Shown here one piece after another: positions 63,055 through 64,000 of a stretch of DNA of 64,000 nucleotides; the first letter of the stretch is position 1, and the number at the start of each line of letters is the position of its first letter. The DNA is from an uncultured Actinomycetota bacterium (GTDB taxonomy: Bacteria > Actinomycetota > Actinomycetes > JAHEKZ01), in assembly GCA_963743915.1 (NCBI GenBank), contig CAVURN010000005.1, positions 64,001 to 128,000 of the forward strand. The letters run 5' to 3'. The notes under the pieces are model-generated. The model saw only the letters and a list, made by a program, of their open reading frames with translations, did no database searches and was not told where the DNA came from. A program made the position numbers and the translations under genes.

Positions 63055-64000
63055 CTACCGCCCCAAGGGGTAGAAGAGTGCCTTGCCCTCGACGCGTAGC
63101 CGTACCTCGTCGCCCTCCCTGGCCGACACGGGGGTAGCCGTCCGGACCGCGACACGCTCGCCCCCAGGTATCTCGACCTGCAGAACGGCGTCGTGCCCGT
63201 AGAAGGCGACGCTGCACACTCGGCCCGGCGCGCCGGACGCACCCAACGCCAGCTGCTCCGGTCGCACGAGCACCACCCCTTGCCCGTGAGCGTCGTGGCC
63301 GACGTCGAGGGTCCCCAGCGGGGTCTCGGCCCTTCCCCGGAGCACGGTGGTGCTGAACTCGACCCCGGTCCCCACGAAGCGGGCCACCTCGAGGTCAGCG
63401 GGTCGGGCGTAGAGGTCGACCGGCGGCGCGACCTGCGCCACCTGACCGGAGCGCATCACGGCGACCTGGTCGGCGACCGAGAGTGCTTCCTCCTGGTCAT
63501 GCGTCACCAGGACGCCGGTCGCCTCGGTCGCCCGCAGCACGCTGCGGACGTCCTCGCGCAGGTCGGCGCGAAGGGCCGCATCCAGCGCGGCGAACGGTTC
63601 GTCGAGCAGCACCACCTGCGGCCGCGGCGCCAAGGCGCGAGCCAGTGCGACCCTGGCCTGCTCACCCCCTGACAGCTCGTAGGGGCGGCGGTGCTGGTAC
63701 CCGGCCAGCCCGATGAGCTCCAGCAGCTCACCCACCCGTCCGGTGCGCTCGGCGCGCGGGACGCCGAATCCGATGTTGCCCTCGACCGACAGGTGCGGGA
63801 AGAGTGCCGATTCCTGCGGCACCAGACCCACCCGGCGTCGCTCCGGGGACACGAACGGTCCACGGGCTTCGGCGACCACCCGGGACCCGAGTGCTATGGA
63901 CCCGGCGTCCGGGCGCTCGAAGCCCGCGACGAGCCGCAGCAGGGTGGTCTTGCCGCTGCCGGAGGGACCGAGGATGGCCGTGAGCGAGCCGTCGGGCGCC
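63055..64000 (-). CDS. ABC ATP-binding protein, Fe3+/polyamine type (5' end outside window)
   Basis: GPSGSGKT near 63950, ALFPHL, LSGGEQAR, LDEPF, THDQEEA, TOBE-like tail. Confidence 0.9.
   Translation of the reverse strand, partial: APDGSLTAILGPSGSGKTTLLRLVAGFERPDAGSIALGSRVVAEARGPFVSPERRRVGLVPQESALFPHLSVEGNIGFGVPRAERTGRVGELLELIGLAGYQHRRPYELSGGEQARVALARALAPRPQVVLLDEPFAALDAALRADLREDVRSVLRATEATGVLVTHDQEEALSVADQVAVMRSGQVAQVAPPVDLYARPADLEVARFVGTGVEFSTTVLRGRAETPLGTLDVGHDAHGQGVVLVRPEQLALGASGAPGRVCSVAFYGHDAVLQVEIPGGERVAVRTATPVSAREGDEVRLRVEGKALFYPLGR

Overview
High-GC Actinomycetota chromosome segment with about 70 CDS and two tRNAs (Lys-CTT, Leu-TAG). The backbone is conserved actinobacterial: bcp-tRNA-Leu, clpS-DUF2017-mec-cysO-cysM-murI-MBL-rph-rdgB, tyrosine catabolism hmgA/fahA/hppD, two complete ABC importers plus a partial third, pckG and arcA. 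Many single-base frameshifts fall in housekeeping genes and most likely reflect long-read indel errors. Most notable: (1) an AbiEi/DUF559-like nuclease gene inserted between cysM and murI, bracketed by two related 60-bp hairpins in inverted orientation (REP/RAYT-like layout with a non-HUH enzyme), with unrelated solo hairpins of similar size elsewhere; (2) an ApbE-ferric reductase-NuoF-like-ferredoxin operon with two secreted low-complexity proteins, one ending in a candidate non-canonical flavinylation site on a Ser/Gly tether; (3) two paralogous micro-proteins about 10 kb apart, each behind a sigma28/WhiG-like promoter; (4) four 22-bp repeats directly after tRNA-Lys resembling an orphan transposon end; (5) an uncharacterised gene coupled to fahA that may be the missing isomerase; (6) a lower-GC two-gene insert with a Cys-rich secreted protein. 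All calls are from motif recognition by eye; no searches were run.
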